64,000 nt of DNA from Octopus bimaculoides (taxonomy: Eukaryota), in NCBI RefSeq assembly GCF_001194135.2, contig NC_068985.1:20002354-20066353 (forward strand), given 5' to 3'. Below are positions 24,436-37,498 of the stretch, in pieces; position 1 is the first letter of the stretch, and each line of letters opens with the position of its first letter. The position numbers and the translations under genes were made by a program. Below the pieces are notes generated by a model that searched no databases, was not told where the DNA came from, and saw nothing but the letters and a program-made list of their open reading frames with translations.

Positions 24436-25083
24436 GACAACAACTAGTATCTTTAAAATATCTTTATTCATAAAAACGTTGATTTTTTCATGTGGGTAAA
24501 AGCGGAAGACAACGGATTTGTCAAGCGGTATCATCGATTGAGTAAAAGCGTGTAGGGATTAGGATGTTCGGTTCAGGATCATAAAATTGCGCATTCGATT
24601 CCTGGACCGGGTAGCACGGTGTGTCCTTGAGCAAAGTACTGCATTTCACGTTACTCCTATCTAGTCAGAGGTTATGAGTTTCAGCCAGATGCTGGTGTAG
24701 CCTTCTTTCCCTCTAGCTGTTATAACTTGGGTGTTTCACAGCATCAAGTGTTTGGGGGCCAAGGGAGTGTCGATGTTTACCAGCGACTACATAAAACACT
24801 TTAAACAATTATCGAAAGCATGCTACAGTTTGCCAAGTCACATTCGCATACAAGTAACAACTGAACTATTTTTGTAGAACGGATTGAATCAACTCCAGTA
24901 CATGCTTGTCATCCGGAGAAACTTGAACTCAAAATGCGGTATAAATAAATTATATATAAGTCACGAAATGGGAGATATAGTTGCCAGGTCTAAGTCAAAG
25001 TTTCCAGGTTTAAATAAGATGGAATGAAATTATTTTATAGTATAGCACGCCGGAATTCATCCAGCAAGATCTTAGGTTCAATT

Positions 25084-25585
25084 CAGATGGCTATGTGAAA
25101 CTGCTGGATACGGTGGTTAATCACATGCTGGAGAAGGCTGTTACGAGAAGGCCATATGTGTAGCGAAACGATCCAGCTCCTTGCCATACTTCCAGAAAGA
25201 ATTGGTGGAGAATTTCTAGAACTTCACCGGCCCCAATTTCTGGCTTCTTAACTCCCCCGATTGCAATTCCCATAAATTACTATACGTGAGGCGCGGAAGA
25301 GAAAGACACCAGCCGCACTGTCTACAACAAGGCCGAGCTGTTGACCAAGAAAATCAAGGTGTTCGAAGATGTCAGGGGCACAGTAAGGAACGCATGCACC
25401 AGGTTCCGGAGCCGTATTGAGGCCGTGGTGGAAGTTGGAGGAAGCTACTTTGATCAAACTGTTATCTCTCAGACATCATCAAGTTGATTTTTATGGATTT
25501 TTCAAAAATACTTTTATTTTTGATAGGATATTGTATTATCTTGTCCTTGCATGCAAGCTGCCAAATTTAGCCCAAACACCCCGTA
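25084..25585 (+). pseudogene. Tc1/mariner (maT/DD37D-like) transposase 3' half with terminal sequence
   Basis: Remnants: YVKLLDTV, D.APCHTS, P.FW..NSPD.N, VRNACTRFRSRIEAVVEVGGSYF. Ends gctgccaaattt...caccccgTA. Subfamily assignment is from recall. Confidence 0.75.
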
Positions 25586-25964
25586 TCATATTGTTATACG
25601 GTAAATAAACTATAAAGGATGGAAAGAAACGGAAACAAATATGATTATCCGTTGTACAAAACAAAGCGCTCTTATTGTAATCTTTTCAGTGACAATCTTG
25701 AATGAGTTCGCGTGGACGAAAACCAAGACTAGAATTGTACTGTAGCCGAAAGACAAATATATGAAACAATAGATTTCTACCACAATGACCAAAGGCAAGT
25801 AAGCAGCTCATGTACATATAATATATATACTAATGAACCGGTAGCGATGAAATAAAACCTAGTGTCACTCTTAAACCGACGTAAGTTTTTAGCAACGCTA
25901 ACGGATATATGTATATACAAACATGCACTTACATATGTATACATACATACATACATACATACAT

Positions 25965-26061
<97 letters not shown>

Positions 26062-26062
26062 C

Positions 26063-26296
26063 AGGCAAAGAGTGGCTGTGTGGTAAGTAGCTTGCTTACC
26101 AACCGCATGGTTCCGGGTTCAGTCCCACTGCGTGGCATCTTGGGTAAGTGTCTTCTACTATAGCCTCGGGCCGACCAAAGCCTAGTGAGTGGATTTGGTA
26201 GGCGGAAACTGAAAGAAGCCCGTCGTATATATGTTTATATATACATGTGTGTGTGTGTTTGTGTGTCTGTATTTGTCCCCCTAGTATTGCTGGTGT

Positions 26297-26300
<4 letters not shown>
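26063..26300 (+). mobile_element. SINE family B, 5' part
   Basis: gtggctgtgtggtaagtagcttgcttaccaacc...ggttccgggttcagtcccactgcg head. Confidence 0.9.
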
Positions 26301-26332
<32 letters not shown>

Positions 26333-26342
26333 NNNNNNNNNN

Positions 26343-26381
<39 letters not shown>

Positions 26382-26543
26382 CATACTTGATCGTTGTTGT
26401 TCTCATCAACGGAAAAGACATCCTCCCTTTAGCCGATGTCTCGACCTCTTTGTCTCCTTGTGTGCCTCCTCGGTTGAAGCTACCTCACCGGACCGATTAA
26501 TTTCAGCGGAACATGAACTCTTGTTTTTAGGAATCAGCAAACA

Positions 26544-26746
26544 AATTATTTACTGATGCGTGCTGATGATTGCCATACAAATAATAATTCAAGGGGTGCA
26601 CACAGTACAGCGAAAATCACTTTCGAATCTGCTAAAACGTGTTGATAATAAAGAGACTCGTTACTGTTTGAATTCTCACTCTTCTGAATGCATTTCCATA
26701 AATTATTACCTGTTTGGCAATCATCGGCACGCATCAACAAATAATT
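26544..26746. repeat. Foldback with ~46-bp inverted arms and ~110-bp spacer
   Basis: aattatttactgatgcgtgctgatgattgcc...ataatt (26544-26590) versus its inverted complement at 26701-26746. Confidence 0.85.
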
Positions 26747-27371
26747 AGTTTCCTATAAACAAATGCTTGAACTCTTATAAGATCCATCACTCTGGCAGGG
26801 TAGCTTCGAATGAGGAGACAACGAAGTCAAAACACTGTGGTGTCACGAAGTCTCCTTACGCAGGCGAATCGCGTTTGTTATGAACACACATTGCCTAATG
26901 ATCGGGTTAACTAATGTGAACACCGGAAGCCAATTGTTCTTCACTAATTGAATAAGATTATTGAACCAGTGAATATGGGTTCGCTTTTAATGTTCATACA
27001 AGAGAAACAAGAGGAGAGCTTCATTAAAAGTCAGGGATGGTTACGTAATATTTTATATTTGATAAATACAGTTCCTATGAGATGACTTCATTCATACATA
27101 CATACATACATACATACATATTTAGCTTTTTACTATAACTACTCTGCACTATGTTTAAATTATAAATTAAAGGCGCTGAAGTGATACCACATATTTTGCT
27201 TGTCTGTTCCCTGTTCTTAATATACCTGTATGTATGCATATGAGAGTATAATTAAGTAAAAGGCAATCATAGAAAAAGGAATTGTATATTTGTATAATTA
27301 ATTTGTATATATTTGTATTTCAAAGATAAATGAGAGATGAAAATAAATAAATAAATAAATGTATACTGTAA

Positions 27372-27552
27372 ATGCGTATTTATTCTTGATACTTTCCAGC
27401 AGATTCGAATGCAAATACGCTAATCTCTGTCGTGTAAGTCACAGGAGAACAGCTTGTTGTTTATGTGCTATGATCACATAGTCGGTGTACGCGATAGAGA
27501 TTAGCATATTTGCGTTCGAACCTACCGGAACGTATTCAGAACAAATATGCAT
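27372..27552. repeat. Foldback with 65-bp inverted arms and 51-bp spacer
   Basis: 27372-27436 versus 27488-27552 aligns without gaps, 53/65 matches by hand. Confidence 0.9.
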
Positions 27553-27907
27553 GACGTCGTTTCAGGTCTCGCTGCTCACAGTGCAATATCGATTTCGTAA
27601 TTATATAGATGTATAATATAAATGAAATGAATGAATAAATAAGAAAAAAAAATAGCGAATACAGGTCAGTTATTAGTTGAACATAGAAAGAGAATAGTTA
27701 GGTATTCAGGCAGCTTGTTGAATGGACTTTGACAGACTGGGATATAAAAGACGTTATAATAGGATTTGCTTGAAAATTATATATATTCGACTAAAACCCT
27801 TCAAGGCGGTGACCTAGCATGGCCGCAGTCAAATGACTGAAACAAGTAAAAGAATAAAAGAATATATATATTTATATATATATTTTTATTCTTTAACTTG
27901 TTTCAGT

Positions 27908-27973
<66 letters not shown>

Positions 27974-27975
<2 letters not shown>

Positions 27976-28163
27976 GTATTTTAACGTGTATAAGGAACCA
28001 TTTTTTGCCAAAAATTAGGTTTAAAAAATATGGGAGTTTCTTATATATGGATAGTAGTATAATCTCTTACAAAACCTTTTTCCCAAATTTTAAGCACCCC
28101 CCCCCCCCACCAAATTAAGCGGTTCCTTATACACGAGGGTTCCTTATACATGTTAAAATACGG
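27974..28163. mobile_element. 190-bp Tc1/mariner-pogo-type MITE
   Basis: TA-ccgtattttaacgtgtataaggaacc ... ggttccttatacatgttaaaatacgg-TA: 26-bp TIR with 1 mismatch and TA flanks. Confidence 0.85.
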
Positions 28164-28808
28164 TACATACATACATATCATACATACATACATACATACA
28201 CACACACATACATATATCTATATACACACACACAATCGCACATTTTTCTTTATTCTTTATGATTTTCTTTTAATTTTCTTTTTGTTTTTTCTTTCCTTTT
28301 TACCCCTCCCCCTTCACCTCTGATTTTTCTTTTATCTACCTCTCTGCTACCTCGTATTCTTAAATTTATGTTTTGATCTAAATAAACAATTTCTTCGGAC
28401 TGTACCAGAAACAAAACAATTTCGTTTTAATACATTCTACAGTACGTGTAATATCCTACGCGGGCACCTTTGTCTTTTAATGAAACTTTCCTCTCGTTTC
28501 TCTTATATAAACACCAGAAGCGAGTCACTTTCACTGGTTAAATAAGCTGTCTTGGCGAATTTTGAAATCCCTTGTCAACATAAGCTTTATTATAAATTTT
28601 ACTCTAATTTTAGCCTAGAATCCATTTCCATCGGTAACATTCAGCTGTATTCTTCAACTCGCTTTAAAATAAGGACCTCGATCTAATATACACGCATACA
28701 CACTCACGCATGCACGCAGGCACTCTCTCATACACTCACGTACTCTCTCACACATTCACACAATCTCTCACTCACTCACGTACTCTCTCTCACACACACA
28801 CGTTTAAA

Positions 28809-28895
<87 letters not shown>

Positions 28896-29043
28896 AGTGT
28901 ATCTGCTTATCTGTATATACATCTACCTATCTACATATACATGTGTATTTCCCCATCTTTCTCTCTCTCTCTCTTTCTTACACACTCACACATACACTCT
29001 CTATCCCCCTCACCCTGTCCCTCTCTCTATATATGAGCATGTG

Positions 29044-29074
<31 letters not shown>

Positions 29075-29640
29075 ATGTGTATGCACATATACATGTATGT
29101 ATGTATGTATGTATGCATGCATGCATGCATGTATGTATGTATGAATAAATAAATAAATAAATAAATAAATAGATACATTTATATCGAACCACGCATGATC
29201 TCATCAAAAACTATCTGTTACGTGGCTAAACGGGCAACTGTTTTTATTTCAATAGCAACTAATGAAGCGACTAGTCAACGAGTCAACGAAACATCTAGAT
29301 GTCCCGCGAGATAATTTGTGGTATATATTCCTATTTTCTTTATGTGGTATATTTGGTATCAATTATTCTCGTTTGTTTAATTTATACAGTCATAAAGTCA
29401 TAGCACGAGCTACATGTTGAGTGATTGTGCACTCTCAGTAATAGAAAAAAATCTCTTAGATGAACTAAAATTGTACTGCTTAGTTTCATATATATANNNN
29501 NNNNNNNNNNNNNNNNNNNNNNNNNNNNNNNNNNNATATATATATATATATATCTATATATATATATATATATACATACATATGCATATAAGTATATATA
29601 CATATGTAATACACACACACACACATATACATATATATAT

Positions 29641-30213
29641 TGGATAATCTCGTCGTGAACGTCAAATGACTGTTCAGTAAAATAAAGCGGTAATCATGTT
29701 CTATGGACACGAACGTATCTCTTGAAGCCTGCTGGTACCTTACAAGCCTCTTGGCAAATAGAACAAGCTGGGGACTCAGTTTTCTCGAGTACGTGTGGAT
29801 CATTTACTATGTGTTTTCTTGAGTGGACGGCAAGGCCTGCTTTGCTTCGTGCCACAAAACTACAATGACAAGTAAGGTTTCCGTCTAGAGGAAGCAGCGT
29901 TTTGCCTGTGTGCCTTCATGCTTGCACGGATTTGGTTCCGATGTTGGAGTTGACTTTTCTCAAATCTTTGAACTGAAGAGAAGCAGAACTGGCTCCAGGT
30001 CCTGCGTTCTGATGCTTTATTTTCCCAGGAAGAAAATGGAATGTTGCATTGCTTCAGATTGTCTTTTAGTTTGTCTTTGAAGTCCAAGAGTGGCCTTCCA
30101 ACTGACCTTCCTGTTGGGAATTGGTCAAAGAGAAGTTGCATCGGAATTCTGAGTCACTCATACGTGAAGGATGACCTGAGTACGTTCATATGTGTGTATG
30201 TAATATATATGTG

Positions 30214-30266
<53 letters not shown>

Positions 30267-30952
30267 ATGAATGTTTACATGCATATATCATTATATACAA
30301 GGTGATTGCTCCATGTTCGCAGACGAATGCTGTCTCTTTGTCTATTGTTTGGGTACGCAGTGCTCAGTCTCAAGAATCTCCGTCGGTATTGGTCCCTGTC
30401 ACGAGAAGACACAACTATGTTAGGATAAGACTCCTGCTGCTTATGTGCAAATTTGTAACTGTGCACTTCCAACACGTCTGATCTGCATACATTGCTTTTT
30501 TCCCAATCTTCACAGGACCTTCAGTAGATGGAATGACAAATGAGGTCACCATGAGGAGATATCTGTACATCACAGGATTATAGTGATAAACGTTTGTACA
30601 ACACGAGCGGTGGGGACTGGGTCTAAAAATATTGGTTGCCAGGAGACTAAGGAGCCCACCCACAACTAGAATGCTATCATTTAATTTTTTTGTTAAAAGT
30701 ATTCTTTTCAACTGTCTGTAAACATAGCCAGGCTGAAATTAATGCATTCTTCCAGGAGTGAATAAAAAGTTCTCAAACTTGAGGGGATGGGCTCCTTAGA
30801 TATTAACATGGGGCCCCATATATGGATTCTAATGGCGCAGGGGCCACTTGCCATCGGGCAAGTTGGCAACCTGGCCAGTCCACCACTGAACACAAATACC
30901 GCTGTCTGAGCTCCACGATTAGTACCTGGTGACAGATCGAAGCGAGACGTCC
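29641..30952 (-). pseudogene. RTE-clade LINE relic: putative 5' region joined via a microsatellite to the C-terminal/3' end
   Basis: RIPMQLLFDQ..GRSVGRPLLDFKDKLKDNLKQCNI...WE..ASER..W followed by two C2H2-like fingers and a 3' end abutting (TA)n. The 5' part (30300-30952) is assigned with lower certainty. Confidence 0.7.
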
Positions 30953-32949
30953 AGTAATCACGTGACATCACATGCATACAAGCAAACATATACGCACGCA
31001 CACATACATGCATACACAAATACACCTATACACATATATACAACCTAGTAAACATCAAGAAGATTGAATTTATACATATTAAAATTAATATAGATATTAC
31101 ATTTTCTCATACTTAAGATGTTGTTACACATTTCTGTGTATGTATACGTATATATATGTATATATGTATATTCATATATTTATGGATAATCTAAGGAAAG
31201 AAAAAAGAAAAAGGGAAAAATTAGGAAAACAGTCTTATGATTATTCAAGAAGAAAGTTTATTACTTCTCTAAGAACATTAATGACATAAGTGAAGTGAAA
31301 TTATTAAACTGAAGAACTGAAATTGGATAACTGACAGAAAGCCGCCCCTTGCTCTGAATTACACTCTGCTATAGTTTCGGTGTATTGGTAAACGATAGTT
31401 CAGTTTGGTAATTGTATACTGTACTTGTACACACCTAGAATAATGATTTTTCTTTGTATAAGACGACAAAATTACGGGGAAAGGGTACACTGAATTGAAT
31501 CGATCCCAATACATTTTTACTATTTCACTGATATTTGAGGATGAGTGTCAACGTCGGTTTCGACAGGATTTCAAATGAGAAACGTAACGGAAACTTATCT
31601 CTGGTGCTTTTAAGTTTCTGCTTCCCACACAAAAACATACATTAAAAAAAAAATGAATTATAAACGTATCAATGAGAGAGCCTTATCATGATAAATCAAC
31701 TTGCTAGGAATGACAACCAAATGTCCATTAAATTACACTCAATTGCCTTAAGTAAATGTCTTATTGGGCATTATGACCACTGATGTAAAAAAAAAAAAAA
31801 GACAGAAAACCTGTCATCATAGGTTTGCTGGATTAGAGCTAGCCTGAGTTTAACAGGAAAAATCGGATTATTTAGTTCCTAATGATAGACAGGATTGTCA
31901 TTACTGGAACGCAATGTTTCTCTTTATAAAACATAACATTGTATATAAATATGGTTCGAAAAGTACTCAGGGAAGATAAAGCTTGCGAAAATTCCAATCA
32001 TTCTTCAATATAGGCCTATACTCACTTTCAGTTCCAATCTATAGGCAAAAATTAAATTCTCCACTTTCCCCCTCCTTTCATATAAGTCAATGTAGAATGG
32101 TAACTCTCCACACTTCTCTTTCCGCTTCAAATGATACAAAACTTCAGATTTCTTGGAACGAGAAGACCTCCAGTCAGCTAGACAAGAAGAAAACTACTTG
32201 TGATGTGGCTCCGAAGGACGTCAAATGGAGAGATATTAACAATATATCTAAGACTGAAGCAACTAAGTCATGTTCGAACCGAATCTGTAGCGTAGACGTT
32301 TCTGTATCAATCAATTGCTGCTTGATTTTATCTCTAGTATTTCGCCGTCCACTTATCTCCTGTACATTAGGTGCATTTATAAGGATTTCTCATTCCTTAT
32401 TTCTTCAACTAAGAGTCGTAGCAAATCAGTTTAGGTAGCTATAGAGAAAATAGAGCTATAGAGACTGCACACATTTTGATATGGGAAATCCCATATCGTA
32501 GACTCCTTATTCCATCAAGATTCTGCCATCCTGTTTCGTCAATTGTATATCGTGCATTCACAGGTTAGCACGAATAATTCAAATAACATCTATGAAGCCA
32601 AAAAAAAAAAAAAAAAATGGCCAAGTGTCATTATATTTCCTTTAGTACATCACCAGTGATAACTTTCCTATAAACCTCTTCTAGCTTAATCATTAACTTC
32701 CTATCGCATCTAATATTTTGTACTGCTACACTAATTGTTTCCCGTATAGTTTCTGCTTTTAATGCCATCTATTATTAATTTTTTAATATCCTTCGTCTAT
32801 TCCTTAATTATCCTATTATTCTAGACAAGGAATTGTTTCCGTGTTGAAATGTTGCGTTCAGTTTTCAGTAATCAAATTTCTACCTATCAGTTTTAAGTTG
32901 ATCATCCGGCATCCGCCTTACAGACATATATGGTCTATGTAGCGTCAAG

Positions 32950-33182
32950 TTAGGTGCCGTGGCAGCGCATTGCTGCAGTTACCATTTGTCAGTATATTCT
33001 CGGGTCCTACCGGATGATCTGAGCAGGGTCCCAGCCAGTCCTCATTTCTGCGAATACCTCCTCAACTGTCGTAACCATGTGGTCGACTAACACCAGCCGT
33101 CAACCCAGCCGGTTCCCCAGTGAAGAGAACACGGTAAGCAGGGTCTAACTCGGAAATTCAAGCAACATGACCAAACAGTCTG
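32950..33182 (-). pseudogene. RTE LINE C-terminal fragment
   Basis: LFGHVA..SELDPAYRVLF...GW.R...RP..TWLRQ pattern with frameshifts. Confidence 0.65.
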
Positions 33183-34449
33183 AACTAGTGCTCCCGAATC
33201 TGCTAAGTGAAAATAGGACTACATCCAAACTATCCATATTCGCTAGCTTAGAAGGACAAGACAATAAGAGATGCCTGGTTGAAACATCTCGTAATTTAAT
33301 CTCATCCGCCTATATTTGAATAATGCCAGTGTTTTAATATTCAAGGCTATACTAGTTAGTGAAGATGATTGACATCTCTTATTCGCAATATCTCTACTAG
33401 GCGGACTGACTACAGTTAAAGATCAAGTATTTATAACTCAGGAACGAAGTAGAATCTTATTCAAATACCTTGTCTATGGCAATTTGCTAGTGTCATGAAA
33501 GATAATATAACAGCAAGAAAAGGAAGCAAGCTGGGAGAATCGTTAGCACACCGGACAAAATGCTTAGCAGTATTTCTTCCGGCTTTACGCTCTATGTTCA
33601 AGTGCTATGCCTTTCATCCTTCTGGTGTTGGTAAAATAAATGCCAGTTGACCGCTTGGATCGATGTAATCGATAAGTACCTCCCCACCAGGCCTTGCACC
33701 TATAGCAGAGAGTAATATATATTAAAAAAAACTGAATATTGATTTCTAGTATTGGCACAAGAGCTCAATTTTAAGAGAAGGACATAGTTATAACGACTGC
33801 TGCATTTATAATTTTACTGACCGCAGAAAAATGAAAAACAAAGCTTCCCTTAACTGGGTTCGAAATAAAAATGTAGAGATGATATAACTAAATACTATCA
33901 CAGATTCTGTCCGATTGCAGTATAACGTTTTGTTAATTCACCGACCTTGTAATATGCTGAATATTATCAATTAACTAGTATATATCTTGTGACAGAAACA
34001 CTGTGCATATCTACAAAGCGAATTACAATTGTATGCATGTAAATAATTACCATTACAATAAGTTAGGCAAGGATGATATCGTGAAACGAATTACAAACAG
34101 TGTGATATCCCTTTACACAAAAAGGAACAATTTTTACATTTCAAGACTACATTATGTAATATTTTTATAGATTAAATATATAACTAAGACTGACAATATC
34201 AGTTAAATGGGGATCTTGTGAAAGTTGTAGGTAATATCAATTCTGCTTTCCCATAAAGTAACATTGTGGAATAAGATATGCATGTAAGAATAACAATAAG
34301 GAGGTGCGGGGAAGTAAGGTTTGATACTAAATGTATTTTCAACCATACAAATAATATTGAAACGCAACGTCTGAACAAATAGAAAAAAAATGAAGTAGCT
34401 GGTTTAACGTTTGAAATAAAGAATATAAATTCATGTGAATGCATATTAT

Positions 34450-34454
<5 letters not shown>

Positions 34455-34537
<83 letters not shown>
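34455..34537. repeat. (GA)n microsatellite
   Basis: Directly visible. Confidence 0.95.
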
Positions 34538-34539
<2 letters not shown>

Positions 34540-35039
34540 GTCATCACAGCCTGTTCCATCTGAATTGGCGTCATACCATTCTACGGTGAATATAATTTAC
34601 ATAGCTAAGATAACATTCATGTGATGTATTTTTATTTTGAAAAAAAAAAAAAATACTCCGAAAAGTATGATAGATCCGGTGTTATGAAATTAATTGAATC
34701 TATTACTAATTATTATAGCAATAATTTTGAATAGTATACACTGCTAAATTCAAAGTTTAAAGGAAAAAAATTAAAATATGTACAGTATACTCTGTTTTAC
34801 TTGAATCTTTTTTGTTTGGCTCATACTTTTCAATTCTTTTAATTTTGTTCCAATTGATTTCAAATTTGGTGTATTGATGTAGTATTGTATGCTAATTATG
34901 GAAATGAAATTCATTTTTGCCATAAATTATTGAATAAAAAGTTAATAGCTTTTAAACTTTGCAAATGTTGGGAAATTTTAGCCAATCGAAAGCCAGATAT
35001 ATCGGTGCCTTTTTTCATAGTAACAAGACATGGTATAGC

Positions 35040-35451
35040 CTTGTTGAGATAGACGAAATAGTCTTCTCGAGACGTAAATACAACCAAAAAAGGGTGTTAC
35101 CTGAGCAATAGTTTTTTGAAGGAGTGTGTTACAAGATCAGGCATGTTTTTCCTCATACGGTACTATGCCGGAATTGCGACATACTGGACGAATGTATACG
35201 TCAGTCGATTCTTCCGGGAACCACAAAACAACTTGTAGAGGGCCTACTCTCACATTCCTGAAATTGACGATTATAATTTTCAACAAAGAATAGTGAATTA
35301 CAGTGTTGAGTCCATTAAGTCGAAAAATGGTATCTCTACGCTACAAGTGGAAAGCACATTGGCCTCTGTAAAGCGAAGTAATAAACGGCGCTGTGGCACA
35401 CACCATTCTCAAGTTGACTCGTATATTTGCGAATTTATGTGGCGCAAGTAA
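35040..35451 (+). pseudogene. Merlin (IS1595/ISXO2-like) transposase relic
   Basis: VEIDEIVFSRRKYN, IRQSILPGTT, RAYSHI, VNYS, TLQVES, DSYICEFMWRK*; with stops and frameshifts. Confidence 0.8.
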
Positions 35452-35872
35452 AAAGAATATTGTAGTTTGTTTGACAAACACCCAGAGTGCACCGTAAGCT
35501 TTCGTTTTTGAATTTTCGTCACGAAATATGTATTGTTACATGGACTGAACTATTTTTTTCGTAATTTAACGTTCAGTTTTTTTTTGTAACTTTTTGCACC
35601 CCCCCCCCCAAAAAAAAACAAAAGAACAAAATCATTGAAGATTTCTCCCCTTCTCTATTGTTTACATGCCTCGCAAACAAATAATAACTCATTAAACTTA
35701 CGTCGTTGATCGTTTTGTCGCCGTAGTGTCATCGCGCACAAAATGCCAGCTTCCAAATTCTGTTTCCTGATTGGGTAAAAATAATCAAAATTTAAACCTC
35801 TGTAAAATCTTTCCAAAATAATCATCGCTTTTTCAGAAAAGTTCACCCGACGACCTTCTGATTCTGCAATAT

Positions 35873-36640
35873 GAGGTGCGTTCAAAAATTATCCGACTTT
35901 ATTTTTTCCCGTCAAAATTAGTACGACGTGGGAAAAATCCTTTGGGTAGAAGGTGACGCCATCCATCCTGTGCATGCATGAACATTTTTGCGACATATGA
36001 TCTCGTATGTTTACCACAAAGATACAAAACATAACACTTCTGAAGTAAAATATTAGAAGGGAGAGAAATTTCTATTCTTATAGACTTAATGGATTTGTAA
36101 GCTAAGTAGCTTTTTTGTTTTGTATTTTCACAGAAAACCATCATTCGATCTGGAGTATTTTTTTCATTCATGCTGTTACCCTAAGTGTCACATTTCACTT
36201 CACGCTTTAAAAGTCTGTTTCGTTGAAATCACTGAATAACTTTATAGTAGTGATCCCACAATTGTCTGGAAGGTATTGCATGTCATACTCGACTGATGGT
36301 CATGGATAAATTTTTCGAGCTCTTGGGTGTTGCAACCTGAAAATTCATCACCCAGGATATTCTCACCTGAAGAATCATCTCTCTTTCGAAGAGATGGTGA
36401 TTCTTCAGGTGAATGCAGCAAGCATTGGGAAAATCAAATATCAAAAAGACTGACGAAGGAGTCCTACGGAATAATTCGACATTCTGCAAATAACCAAAAA
36501 TCACGCCATACTGTCTGAAAAAAATATTTTAAGGAAACATTGGATAATGTGCTCCTAGATACACTATGCCTGCAATAAAGACAGAATGTCACGGCTCGAG
36601 TACCTTTGATCAGAAGCCTGATATTTCAGGGCTGACTTGT
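35873..36640. mobile_element. Unclassified repeat cluster: mariner-like terminus at ~35873 plus a dispersed repeat also seen at 50100-50290
   Basis: gaggtgcgttcaaaaattatccgac resembles a mariner TIR. 'ggataatgt..tcct.gata' is shared with ~50213. Confidence 0.45.
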
Positions 36641-37439
36641 GTGAAAAAAAATCAACATTTTATATAAAATTCCTATTTATTCGAATCAAACATACTTCAT
36701 AGAAACTTATAGAAATTCGAAGGAAAACTGAAATCACTAGAGTTCAGTGGCAGTTCGCGTGCACTTATCAACTTGAGTTTTAGCCGAAAATAATTTGCAG
36801 AGGAAAAAAGTATGCTTGCACTTACAAAATGCTATGCTTGAAATATATTCCATGGAAGTTTTTTTTTTTTTGACCAAGTAAATTATGACTGCACACGCAA
36901 GAATATCTTATAGAGTATTTCCTCGAATGTGAATAAGGCAACCGAACTGCTCTGGCTGTGAGAAACTTCTAAAGAGAATTGAAATCTTCACACCTCATTT
37001 GGTGTTCCTTAGCTTTTGTTTACTTGAGTTTTCACTCAAAGACAATCTTAACAGCAAGACCAAGTATATTTAAAGGGACAAAATATGATGTGGTATAATG
37101 TAATACATAGTGTCCTATTATCTGCAAATATTTTCACACACACTCTGTACATATCCTGTCTTGTGTTGAAGAAGCAAAAGTAAAGCACTACATTCAGAGA
37201 GCAGAGCACGCAACTCCGTTTCCTTTTCGCAGTTGTATCCTTTTCACAGTCGCCATTATTTTTCAGGAAAAAGACATGAATATATTCCGTTTCCCCATTA
37301 TAAATTTGAGGAAGCATATTTGTAAAGTGTCTCTATTTCATCAAATGCTGCAACATCACTGAAATATAGAAATTTCTTCTAACATGCAATGAGTATTATA
37401 TTACTATCTTGCTTTTAACACTATCAATATATAAATCCA

Positions 37440-37498
<59 letters not shown>

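Noticed and set aside
17435-29647. Many YI/CV/HT/MYVC-repeat ORFs
   Set aside because: These are translations of (TA)n, (TG)n and (TACA)n microsatellites.
37048-37317. Cys-rich ORF resembling a piggyBac C-terminal domain
   Set aside because: It requires frameshifts to place the cysteines, and no transposase core or TTAA ends were found nearby.
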